Part shown: piece by piece, positions 33,510-45,522 of the stretch | Numbering within the stretch: position 1 is the stretch's first letter | Layout: each line of letters begins with the position of its first letter | From: the human T2T-CHM13v2.0 reference genome, Homo sapiens | Assembly (NCBI RefSeq): GCF_009914755.1 | Contig: NC_060946.1 | Reading direction: 5' to 3' (one strand) | DNA length: 64,000 nucleotides | Position numbers and translations under genes: made by a program | The notes under the pieces: model-generated | Databases searched by the model: none | What the model was told of the DNA's origin: nothing | What the model saw: only the letters and a program-made list of their open reading frames with translations

Positions 33510-33680
33510 GTTGTATGCTAGCAAACCTATTGGTTGGGTGGGGGGAAGCCCAGATTTGTAGCATTTGCTGATTTCCACTGTGTAAATATTTCTACTGACG
33601 GTTTGACAAACACTTCATAAAATTTCTGGGTACTTAATTATCAGCTCCAGGAGAGCGCTGCATGTATGACACCATATTTG
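33510..33680. mobile_element. hAT DNA transposon relic (MER63-like)
   Basis: GAAGCCCAGATTTGTAGCATTTGCTGATTTCCACTGTGTAAATA resembles the recalled MER63 core. Confidence 0.5.
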
Positions 33681-34262
33681 CCAATTCCACACTAGATTCT
33701 ATTGGGAACAAGCTGTATGAGAGTCAACTGGTGGCAGAAATAAGGAAGTCCTCAATAAAAATCAGCATTTACTTTTGACAGATGTGAGATTCTGGAACTT
33801 ATTTCTCTTTACTTGCTCTGCCTGGTGATTAAATTCTGATTTTAAAAGAAATAGTTTTAATTTCTTATCAGAATGCTGCCACCAAATAAATAAAATACGT
33901 ACTTTAACTATATGCAATCTTGTCTATATTATACTGTTGTCAACAGAAACATTATCAGGGGCCAACTTCATGAAAGGAGATATGTGATAGAAGATGGAGT
34001 TGTTGGAATGGAAAAAAAAAAGTCAAATTTTACTTTGGATTAATCAGAGGGAAGAAAGCAAACAGATAGGAAAGGAAAGGCAGGCTTTGCCAAGTTGAAG
34101 TGACTGAACTCGGGGCAGTGGGAGAATAGGATCATAGTTTGAAGAGAGCTGCGAGGTTGTTTAGTCCAGGTGAGGATCATAATCCCAGAAGACCCAGTCA
34201 CAAACACCATAACACTGAATGTTGAAATCCTGAAAGATTAAAATTCCTAAGGTCTAAATTCT

Positions 34263-36643
34263 CTTTTTTTTAATAGAGACAGAGTGAATTGGTTCATTCT
34301 CATGCTCCCAATAAAAACATACACGAGCCTGGGTAATTTATAAAAGAAAGAGGTTTAATTGACTCAGTTCAGTATGGCTGGGAAGGCTTCAGAAAACTTA
34401 CAATCATGGTGAATGCAAACAAGAAGCAAGGCACCAGGAGGTGCTGAGCAAAAGGAGAAAAGCCCCTTATAAAACCTTCAGGTATCACTCACTCTCATGA
34501 GAACAGGATGGGGGTAAACACCCCCATGATTCAATTACCTCCAACTGGGTTCCTCCCATAACATGTAGGGATTATGGAAACTACATTTCAAGGTGAGATT
34601 TGGGTGGGGACACAGCCAAACCATATCATTCTGCCCCCAGCCCCTTCCAAATCTCATGTCCTTACATTTTAAAACATGATCATGCCTTTCTAACAGTCCC
34701 CCAAAGTCTTAGCTCATTCCAGCATTAACCCAAATGTCCAAGTCCAAAGTCTTATCTTAGACAAGGCAAGGCCCTTCTGCCTATGAGCATGTAAAGTCAA
34801 AATTAAGTTAGTTACTTCATAGATACAATGAGGATATAGGCATTGGGTAAATACACCTGGTCCAAATGGGAGAAATTGGCCAAAATGAAGGGACTGCACG
34901 CCCCATGCAAGTCCAAAATTCAATGGGTCAGTCAAATCTTGAAGCTCTGAAATGATTTCCTTTGACTTCATGTCTCACATCCAGGTCATGCTGAAGCAAG
35001 AGGTGGGATCTCATGGCCTTGGGCAGCTCCACCCCTGTTGCTTTGCAGGGTACAGCCCTCCTCCTGGCTGCTTTCACAGGCTGGTGCTGAGTGTCTGTGG
35101 CTTTTCCAGGCAATACAGTGTAAGCTGTCAGTGTATCTACCATTCTGGAGTCTGGAGGATGGTGGCCCTCTTCTCTCAGCTCCACTAGGCAGTGCCCCAG
35201 TGGGGACTCTGTGGGGGCTCTGACACCACATTTCCCTTCTGCACTCACTGCCCTAGCAGAGGTTCCCCATGAGGGCTCCGTCCCCATCACAAATTTGTGC
35301 CTGAACACCCAGGCGTTTCCATGCATCCTCTGAAATTTAGGTGTAGATACCCAAACCTCAATTCTTGACTTCTGTGCACCCACAGGCCCAACGCCTCATG
35401 TAAGCTGCCAAGGCTTGGGCCTTGTACCCTCTGAAGCCATGGCCTGAGCTGTACATTGGCCCTTTAGCCATGATTGGGACACAGGGCGCCAAGTCCTGAG
35501 ACTGCACAGAGCAGCAAGTCCCTGCACCGAGCCCATTAAACCATTTTTTTTCCTCCTAGGCCTCCTGGTCTGTGATGGTTTAAGTTGCTGTGAAGGTCTC
35601 TGACATTCCCTGAAGACATTTTCCCATTGTCTTGGTGATTAATATTTAGCTCCTCGTTACTTATGCAAATTTCTGCAGCTGGCTTGAATTTCTCTCCAGA
35701 AAATGGGTTTTCCTTTTCTATCTCATCATCAACCTGCAAAATTTTTAAAACTTTTATGCTTTGCTTCCTCTTGAACACTTTGCTACTTAGGAATTTATTC
35801 TGCCAGATACCCTAAACCATGTCTCTCAAGTTTAAAGTTCCACAGATTTCTAGGGCAGGGGCAAAATGCCATCAGTCTCTTTGCATAGCAAGAGTCACCT
35901 TTATTCCAGTTCCCAACAAGTTCTTCGTCTCCATATGAGACCACCTCAGCCTGGACTTCATTGTCCATGTCACTATCAGCATTTTCCTCAAAACCATTCT
36001 GCAAGTCTCTAGGAAGTTCCAAACTTCCTCACATTTTTCTCTCTTCTTCCGAACCCTGCAAACTGTTCAACCTCTGCCTGTTACCCAGTTCCAAATTCAC
36101 TTCCACATTTTTAGGTATCCTTATAGCAATGCCCCACTACCTCAGTACACATTTACTGTATCAGTCCATTCTCATGCTGCTAATAAAGATATAACCAAGC
36201 TTGGGTAATTTATAAAGTAAAGAGGTTTAATTGACTCACAGTTCATCATAGCTGGGGAGGACTCAGGAAACTTACAAGCATGGTAGAATGCAAAGGGGAA
36301 GCAAGTCACCTTCACGAGGTGGCAGGAAGGAGAATCACAAGCAAAGGGGGAAAAGCTCCTTATAAAACCATCAGATCTTGTGATAACTCATTCACTATCA
36401 TGAGAACAGCATGGGGGTAATTGCCTCCATGATTCAATTACCTCCCACTGGGTCCCCATCATGATATGTGAGGATTATGGGAACTACAATTCAAGATGAG
36501 ATTTGGTTGGAGACACAGCCAAACCATATCATGGGGTCTCACTTTATTGCCCCGGCTGATTTCAAACTCCTGGGCTCAAGTGACCCTCCTGACTTGGCCT
36601 CCCAAAGTGCTGGGAATACAGGCATGAGCCACCATACCCAGTC
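34263..36643 (-). mobile_element. FLAM-like Alu monomer split by THE1 (34263-34284 + 36532-36643)
   Basis: TTTTTTTTAATAGAGAC | GGGGTCTCACTTTATTGCCC...GAGCCACCATACCCAG; TSD CCTAAGGTCTAAATTCT (34246-62) / CCTAAAGTCTAAATTCT (36643-59). Confidence 0.85.
34285..36531 (-). mobile_element. Complete THE1 (THE1C/D-like) MaLR element: LTR 34285-34628, internal 34629-36157, LTR 36158-36531
   Basis: Two LTRs each ending GACACAGCCAAACCATATCA; ~1.5-kb THE1-int with the typical ORF remnant (ELPRDLQNGFEENADSDMDNEVQAEVVS). Confidence 0.92.
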
Positions 36644-36699
36644 CTAAAGTCTAAATTCTTAACATCTAAAATCCAGAAAATCACACTCACAGGAGAGTT

Positions 36700-36968
36700 G
36701 TACCAAGTTAGTTGCATCGTGTTAGGTACAACTGTTGCTTTGTTTTCTTTTTATTTGGAAATTATATATGGTTTAAGGAGGTCCATATGGGTGCCAAATC
36801 TGCAAGGGGTGGACTTGCAGGCTTAATTTCAGGTGTCAACTTGACTGGATTAAGGAATCCCTGGAAAGCTGGGAAAGCATTATTTTGGGTATGTCTGTGA
36901 TGGTTTTCTCAGAAGAGATCAGTGTGTGGGTCTGAGCGGACTAGGTGAGGAAGATCTGCTGTCACTGT
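36700..36968 (+). mobile_element. ERVL 3' end plus start of an MLT2-type LTR carried inside Ricksha
   Basis: PPT-like AAGGGGTGGAC (36804-14) followed by ...GTGTCAACTTGACTGGATTAAGGAATCCCTGG...GAAGAGATCAGTGTGTG. Confidence 0.75.
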
Positions 36969-37199
36969 TTTGAATGTCTTGAATATCACAGAAGAAGTTA
37001 AAATGAAAGTAAAAAATGCACAAAATCTTGTCTGCCAAATTATGTAATCATGTACCAAGCACCTCTACAGGTAGCACCATGCTTGCCTTCACAAAATGCC
37101 TTTTGTGAGATAATAAAAATAGTTCAAAAAATTCAGTGGCCTTCTGAGCCAGACACCGCCTGGCACAGAGCTTCCTCCAGTGCTACAAGACATATTAAA

Positions 37200-38120
37200 T
37201 CATGAACTATTCTTGATTAGGGATTTGACTGTCAAAAAAGGTAAACATGTTTATTTACCACTAAGTTTAACATAACAAAACTGGTGCATGTTTCACTTTG
37301 GCTGATGAACGGCACTTTCAAAACTGTCCCCAGTGACTTTTTTAAATCAACTTTATACAGTTTATGCCCCCATTGGATTACAAAATTCTGTAATTTAATC
37401 TGCATGTTTATTGTTTAATAACTGGAAAAAGTGAAGAACTTTTTAAAAGCTTATTTGAAGATTTGGAGGGCTTTGCAGAGGAAAATAGATTTCAATTGGA
37501 TCCCCAAACTATAATGACAAGTTTTTAATTAGGTGTGATCAAGGCTTCTAAAAGTGAAATGCAAGTTGTTACCAGTAAAGTTTATATCTTCCATTCAGCC
37601 CAGCTCATTTGCCAGAAAATTCAGGTGAGTGGATTGGCCAGACTATCTGGCAAGGATGAAAATTTTAGTTTAAAAATGTGTCATTTGTCTGTATTGGCAT
37701 TCCTCCCACCTGATAAAATTCCAGGAGCTTTTGATAAATTAAAACCATAATTGCCTGAAGAAGACAGAAATATTACATACTGGTTTGAAAATAATGATGT
37801 GCAAGGTAGTATAAGAAGTCATTTAGGCAACGGTGTTGCTGTTCAATCAAGAGTATTGTTTCTGCCAAATGAGTGGTCTGTATATGATGGCCTGCAAAAT
37901 GGATTTCCACATACTCAAAACAATAGACAAGAATGGCATAGAAGATTGGAAAATGTAATAGGAAATACTCATGTCAGTGTGTATCAAATTATAGAAGAAT
38001 TTCAAAAAGAGCAGTGTCACGTAGAAAATGAATGTGAATGTATTTTATGAGGAGAGTCAAATCCTAAAAACAAAAAAGGCAACTATTCATCGTGATGCAT
38101 GACTTCAAAATATAGCTAAT
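37200..38120 (+). pseudogene. Decayed MULE (Mutator-like) transposase
   Basis: WLMNGTFKTVP (37299), TIMTSF*LGVIKA (37508), IFHSAQLICQKIQ...LAFLPP, WSVY...PHTQNN..WHRRL...IEEFQKEQ are MULE DDE-domain motifs; they carry stops and frameshifts. Confidence 0.85.
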
Positions 38121-38813
38121 GATCATGAAAGTCAGCCAGCTATGATGAACTCTGCAATTGCCCATAATCTATCCATGTAATATACTTTTTATGTGTCAAT
38201 TTTCTTTTTAGTTGTTTCTTTTTCCATTTTTTCCACTATTTTAAATTGTCAGCATTATTTTTTACAAGTTGCTATGCTGTGTATTTCATCTTAGTATCAT
38301 TTCCAATACTGGAGGTATAAATTTTGCAAAGACTTTTAGAGAGTTCTAATTTGTCTTATGCATTTTTTTTGCAAATTTAACTCCACAAGAGTGCATTATC
38401 ACAAGACTGACTTTGTGTGTAAGCATTGTACATGTACATAAAAACATTAAAGTTTCCTCAATAAATGAGAAGATATCCTTTTTGCACATTTGCATTTGGG
38501 AAAGAGAAAATTCCTCAGGGTCTCAGCTCTTTGAATGCATATTAGATGGTGACCCATCCCAGCTTTTGATGAATCTGGTCGAAAGACTTAGGTTGTCTGT
38601 CACAATATTCCAGATGACCTAAGTTATAAAGCTGAGTGCACCCAGTTACCAACCATGCTTTTATACATTTTGCTTTTTGACCCATTTCTTTACAAGTACA
38701 ACTCGTCTGCTCATTACCATTATACCCGTGAGACTATCGTTAGCATACCTGAGTTTTATGCTTGCAAATATATGTATGTTATTATTGCCTATTGATTGTG
38801 TAAAGTGGCCTAG

Positions 38814-39177
<364 letters not shown>

Positions 39178-40691
39178 CAATAAGTGCTTTTTAAAGAATG
39201 TGTTAATAATTTTTTTCCAGAATTGTATGTTCGAATTTTGTTTTTTTAGGATTGTAATTTTCAGGATTTTAGACTGTACAGATTTAAATCTTTTGGGACT
39301 TCAACATTTGGGATTACGATGTTTAGGATTGTGTTTTCCTGGGCTGTGGCCCAAACTCATGTGGTCCAACACTATTTCACATGAGAAGAATCAAACCACG
39401 TGCATAGATGCAATGAAGGCTTAAATAGGTGTCATGTATAGATTATATCCCAGGAAAACATGATTAAGATGATACATAGTGACTTTTTTTTTCCCAGTGA
39501 AAAAGATCCACATTCTTTTTCTTGTGTGGAATTAAACACAATTTCTGAATCAATGTAAGTGAATGCAAATCACCACGTTCATTTAGCTGATGCTCCTTTA
39601 TTAACAGGGATAGAAAGGAGGTCATTCGAAGAGATGATGGCACGGGACCCAGGACCTGAGGAAGCTGCAGTGGGTGAAGGGGAGAAACAGAGGAGCAGGG
39701 GCTGGAGAAAGAGTGGGGAGTCATCAACCACCCTCCTTTCTCCTGGCGTCTGGTGTTCGGAGCCCAGAGGTCTTCTCTAGGGCCTCGGAGAAGCTTCCAA
39801 GTCTGCTCATTTCTCTTTCCCCATCCCTGCTTGTATCACAAATAAAGAAATTATTGACAACTGAGTTCCTGACAAGGTGGCAGGATTTTAGGGAACCTTC
39901 ACCTCGTCTGAAACTCATGAAGGTAGTGGGAATCCCATGGGTTGGTTAGCAATAGTCCCTGAGATTATTTGGTCATATAAATAATCAGAAAACTCATAGT
40001 CATCTTGCTTTTCTCATAATGCTCAGCTGGGGGATGGTGGGGGTAGGGAGGACTGGAGTGAGAAGAGATAGAACCAGAGCTGGCTTTCACGTATGGGGCT
40101 CTCCAGAGCAATCAGGCCTAAGTACAACGAAGAGGGGTTTTGAAGCCGCTCTGGCTAGGGCAGCCTGGTCTCAGGCCCCAGCTCACACCAAGCACATCAC
40201 CTGTCTGACTGGGAAGCTTAAGCAATGTTTCTGTTTTTGCTTTTGTTTTCTGGTAAATAATTCAATGTCATTAGCTACATTCACAATGCTGTGCAATCAT
40301 CACCACTATCCATTTCTGAAACATTCTATCATCCCAGACAGGAACTCTGTGCCCATTAGACACTAACCCCGCCCATTTCTACCTCCTGCCAGTCCTGAAA
40401 ACCTCTATTCTACTTTGTGTCTCTATTAATTTTCCTGTTCCAGGTTCTTCATATAGATGGAATCACGTAGTCTGTGTTTGACGTCTCACTTAGCATAATG
40501 TTTTTAAGTTTTATCTATGTGGTAGCAAGTATCAGAATTCCCTCCCTTTTTAAAGATCACTAATATTCCATTTTATGTCTATACCACATTTTGTTTATCC
40601 ATCGTCCCTCAATAGACTTTTTAGGTTGTTTCCACCTTGTGGTTCCTGTAAATAAGGCTGCTGTGATGCTGCAATGAACACAGGTGTAGCA

Positions 40692-41253
40692 GGCAGGTGT
40701 GGTGGCATGCGCCTGTAGTTCCTGCTACTCAGGCATCTGAGGCAGGAAGATCGCTTGAGCCCAGGAGTCCTGGGCTGCAGGGTGCTGTGTTGATCAGATG
40801 TCTGCACAAAATTAGACATTAGTACAGTGACCTCCTGGGGTAAGGGACTACCAGGTTGCCTAAGGAGGGGCGAACCGGCCTGGGTTGGAGACAAAGCAGG
40901 GCACAACTCCCAGTTTGACCAGCAGGGGGTCATGCCTGTGGACAGCCACGCAGCAGGGGGATCCTGCCCGTGGACAGCCCCACAGCAGGGAGATCGTGCC
41001 CATGGACAGCCCCGCAGCAGGGGGATCGTGCCTGTAAACAGCCCCGCAGCAGGGGGTCATGCCTGTGGACAGCCCCTCAGCAGGGAGGTTGTGCCTCTGG
41101 ACGGCCCCGCAGCAGGGGATTGTGCCTGTGGACAGCCCCACAGCAGGGGGTCGTGCCTGTGGACAGCTCCCCAGCAGGGGGATCATGCCTATAATCAGCC
41201 CCTGCACTCCAGGCTGGGAAACAGAATGAGACCCTATTTATTAAAAAAAAAAA
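40692..41253 (+). pseudogene. 7SL (SRP RNA) processed pseudogene with an internal tandem expansion
   Basis: Alu-domain start; S-domain GTGACCTCCTGGGG...ACCAGGTTGCCTAAGGAGGGGCGAACCGGCC; 3' CTGCACTCCAGGCTGGG...GAGACCC then poly(A); TSD GAACACAGGTG at 40676-86 and 41270-80. Confidence 0.92.
40920..41202. repeat. 31-32-bp GC-rich minisatellite, 9 copies, derived from 7SL
   Basis: Unit CAGCAGGGGGATCGTGCCTGTGGACAGCCCCG at 40920, 40951, 40983, 41015, 41047, 41078, 41110, 41141 and 41172. Confidence 0.95.
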
Positions 41254-41415
41254 GGGGGGGATGGGGAGAGAACACAGGTGCACAAGTATCTATTTGAGTA
41301 ACTGCTTTCCATTCTTTTGAAGATAGATATAGGTAGATAAAGATACAGATATAGAGATTTATAGATGTGAGTGGGATTACTGAATCATATGGTAATTCTA
41401 TGTCTAAATTCTTGA

Positions 41416-41835
<420 letters not shown>

Positions 41836-42806
41836 CTGATTTTTTTGTTTTTTCTTTTTTGATAACAGCCATCCTAATCGTTGTGCAATGTGTGTGTGTG
41901 TGTTTTTAATATCACATTGGTGATTCTAATGTGTAACCAGGAAAGAAAAGCATGGATTCTGGGTCTCAATTTTTCATCTAGGTTAACTGGAGCAAATAAA
42001 ACCTATTGAAGAGTTCTCCTGATAATTGAATGAGTTCCCCCATAGAAGGCAAAATCTACAAATGTTGGTTCCTCTCTTATTCCCTTGGAATTCTACTAAA
42101 CTTCCGGCCTCAACATACAGAGAAACTCTCTGAAGCCTAAAACTATGCAGATTTGACACAGGGCTGATTTTAACTTCTGTTTTGCTTTTACCATATAGCT
42201 AGCTGCAGATGTCACATGTGTCCTCTATGACATCTAAATAGCACTACACCTGCACCAGATTTCCTCTCAAATTAACTACTCATCAGTTCTGTTATTAAAC
42301 AAACAAGGAGCAGCTGTAATACTGAAGGAATGTGTGGAATTGTGCTTTAAAATTACATCTCTGCCAACACTTTTAGTTTGCTTGTTGAATAACTACAAGT
42401 TTTCCAGTTAAATTAATAGAATACTTTATACCCATAAAATCCTGAAATACTTGGCAATACACACAACAAAATATTTTACAAGTAGAGAATATAATAAATG
42501 TATGACACTTTAGACATTCATTGAGATACGTTTAAACAGTGTTTACTTTTCATTGGTGTGCTTTCTTTCATCTCACAGTAATAAGCTGTGGTTTAGTTTA
42601 TCGGCTGAATACTCACTATGCAGTCTTTTGTAAAATTTTGGAGGTCTGCAGTAATGTGATTGTTGAGCTTCAACACAAAACACAGAAGATCCCAGGAACC
42701 ACAAACTAATCCATCCACTATGCAGTATCTAAAGTGTTTGCAAAAATAAAAACAAACAACAACAACAACAAAAAAAAAACTGAACAACTGACTTGTAGCA
42801 AAGCTA

Positions 42807-42852
42807 TCAGGTTAGTGCAAAAGTAATTGTGGTTTTGCCATTGAAAGTAATG
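42807..42852 (+). mobile_element. Partial MADE1 (Hsmar1 MITE), one TIR
   Basis: TA + TCAGGTTAGTGCAAAAGTAATTGTGGTTTTGCCATT matches the recalled Hsmar1 TIR; the second TIR is absent. Confidence 0.75.
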
Positions 42853-43309
42853 AAAGTAATTGAAAGAATAGGTGTTCTAGCTGGACATTCTACAATGCAT
42901 GCCACAACCATGGATCAATTGTGTATTGAAAACCCAAACCAACTGAGGATCACTGCTGTGCATTATTCCCATCGTGTCATAATGTGGCAAACTAAAACTA
43001 AGGACTTGTAACAAGGGATTTTCAGAGGGAGAGCAAACATATTGGTTAAAGCAAAGAAAACTGGCAATTTTCAATTTTCTCAAATCAAACTATTCACTAC
43101 TTTGTATCCTTCTCTACAAAATCCAGAACTTTCGATAGGATCACCCTTAGGTAAAACTGTAAAGTGAGCAGCTTCTGATCAATAGGCCTCAACTCCTTTT
43201 CCCTTCTGTATCACAGACCGTGTGGGTGAATCCATCACATGACCTAATACGATTTGGCCAGTTGGGAAAGGTCTCTTTAAAGAACTAATACTCAGGCTGG
43301 GATCTAGAG

Positions 43310-43462
43310 AAAGCATCGTAATCTTGAATGTGCATATGAACCACCTGGGCACCTTGTCAACAAACAGATTCTGATTCATTGGATCTAGGGTGGTGCCTGA
43401 GCTCTAGCAAGCTCCCAGGGATGCCTATGTGACTGCCTTGGACATCAGTTACAGTAGCAAGA
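43310..43462. mobile_element. MER5-type hAT relic
   Basis: TGCATATGAACCACCTGGG...CAGATTCTGATTCATTGGATCTAGGGTGG...CAAGCTCCCAGG. Confidence 0.7.
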
Positions 43463-44300
43463 ATATAAGCAGATACCAGCCAACAAAGTAGGAGTGAATG
43501 CATCACGGCCCAGGCAGCCCTGGACCACGCCAGCTCAGGGATCTGAGGAAAGAGTAACTGGACTGAGGTCTATGAGTGCTTCCATGAGAGGTGAGGCTGA
43601 GGAGGTGGACAAGATCTAGATCAATGTGTTAACTTCCTACTAAATGCAAGGCTAGGCTCTGCATAAACAGAAACAAATAAGGCAAATCTAGTCCTTGCAT
43701 CTTTAGAGCTTGCAGTCTAGCAGAGTTATTTCATGGGTAGAAAATCATTAAAGATTTTTAAACGAAGGAGATACATGATCTAATTCAAATTTTTGAAGAA
43801 CCTCTCTGGGTGTGCCATAGAGAAGGTATTGGAGAGGCAAAAAGTTGGATAGAGGAGTATATGTTTGCAGATCAGCTGAAAGATGCGGATGACAGAAGCG
43901 GATAATTTTAGCACATATTTTGAAAGTGAAATAACAGTACTTGGTTGCAAGTTGTGATGGTAGGGGGGGTTGCAGGAAGAAGAAAGCATCAAGGATGATG
44001 ATGCTTTCTGGAAGAAGCCAATGGGTAAATGGAGACGATTTTTATAAAGAATGGTAAGGCGGAAGAAGAAATAAACTAACAAAAGGGAAATGATTGAGGA
44101 AGTGGCATAGATGTGGGGGCAGAACTCAAGAGTTTTGTATTCTGATTTTAGGAATGCCTGTGAAAATCCCAGTGGAGATTTCAAGATGGCAGGTGCACAT
44201 GTTTTGGAGCTTGGGAGGAGAGGTCTGTAGGAGCCATATGCATATCAATGGTATCTAAAGCCATAGGAATTAATAAAACCTTGTCTAGAGTCTGTGTAGG

Positions 44301-44521
44301 CAGGGGTGTCCAACCTTTTGGTTTCCCTGGCTGCATTCGAATAAGAAGAATTGTCTTGGGCCACACATAAAATATACTAACATTAACAATAGAGGATGAG
44401 CTAAAAAAAATCATAAAATATCTTATAATGCTTGAAGAATGTTTACAAATTTGTGTTTGGCTGCATTCAAAGCTGTCCTGGGCCACACGTGGCCCACAGG
44501 CCATTGGTTGGACAAGCTTAG
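44301..44521 (+). mobile_element. MER30 (hAT-Charlie MITE)
   Basis: CAGGGGTGTCCAACCTTTTGG...GAAGAATTGTCTTGGGCCACACATAAAATATACTAAC...GGTTGGACAAGCTT. Confidence 0.85.
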
Positions 44522-44679
44522 TATGGAATAAGAACAGAAGAGGACCCAGGATTTAGGAACTTCAACATTTAAAGTTTGGGCAAACAGGGAGAAGCTGATA
44601 AGGAAATAGTTCAAGCTAGAGGAAGAGTTCAGGGGTCTACTCTACCGAATGTTCCTGAGACCCCATTGGACTTATATAT

Positions 44680-44800
44680 TACATAATATGTACAATATAT
44701 GTCACTTTGGTGATGGATACCCTAATAGCTTTGAACTGACCACTATGCATGGAAAAAAATTGCACACGTATCCCATAAATTTTATATAAACAAAAGTAAA
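44680..44800 (+). mobile_element. Old L1 3' terminus
   Basis: TTTGGTGATGGATACCCTAATAGC...TTGCACACGTATCCCATAAAT followed by an A/G-rich tail. Confidence 0.65.
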
Positions 44801-45145
44801 TAGAAGGAAGAAAAGGAGAAAGAGAGAGAAGGAAGGAAGGAAGGAAGGAAGGAAGGAAGGAAGGAAGGAAGGAAGGGTGAGGAAAGGAAAGGAAAGAAGG
44901 AAAGGAGAGCGAGGAAAGGAAGGGAAGGGAAAGGAAAGGAAAGGAAAGGAAAGGAAAGGAAAGGGAAGGAAAGAAGGGAGAGAGAGGGAAGGTTAGGAAA
45001 GGGAGGGAAGGAAGGAAGGGAGAAAGAAAGAGGAAAGAAAGAGAGAGAGAAAGAGAGAAAGAGAAGAAAGAAAGAAAGAAAGAAAGAAGGAAAGAAAGGA
45101 AGAAGGAAAGAAGGAAAGAAAGGGAGAGAAAGAAAGAAAGAGGAA
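44801..45145. repeat. Polypurine tract: (GGAA)11, (GGAAA)n, (GAAA)n
   Basis: ~345 bp almost entirely A/G on the + strand. Confidence 0.97.
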
Positions 45146-45177
45146 TAGTGTTCATGATGTTTAGGAATCACCAATTC

Positions 45178-45522
45178 TGGGGGTGCTGAATTGTGTCCCC
45201 CCAGATTCCTATGTTGAAGAGCTGATCCCCACTGCCTCAGAGTGACTGATTTAGAGAAGGCATTCAAAGAGGTAAGTGAGGTCAAATGAAGCCATATGGG
45301 TGGACCCTAAGCCAATATGGCAGGTGTCCATCTAAAAAGAGATTGAGACACAGGCAACACAGCCTGAGGACACAGCAAGAAGGGAGGCATCTGCAAGGCA
45401 GCAGTTCTCAGAAGAAGGCAAACCTGCTGACATTCCATCCTGGATTTCCAGTCTTCAGAGCTTGAGAAGATAAACCACTCAATCTGTGGCAGCTTGTGAT
45501 GGAAGCCCCTAGCACTCTTATA
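45178..45522 (+). mobile_element. MaLR LTR (MLT1B/C-like)
   Basis: CTGAATTGTGTCCCCCCAGATTCCTATGTTGAAG...CCTGCTGACATTCCATCCTGGATTTCCAG. Confidence 0.75.

Noticed and set aside
37535-38050. Domesticated, functional transposase gene
   Set aside because: In-frame stops, frameshifts and altered catalytic residues.
40692-41253. Functional 7SL ncRNA gene
   Set aside because: Heavily diverged, with poly(A), TSD and an internal expansion: a retrocopy.
40595-41297. Overlapping 68-156 aa ORFs with repeated peptides
   Set aside because: A by-product of the stop-poor GC-rich minisatellite.
44679-45285. 158 and 167 aa F/L/S/P-rich ORFs
   Set aside because: Translations of the pyrimidine strand of a simple repeat.
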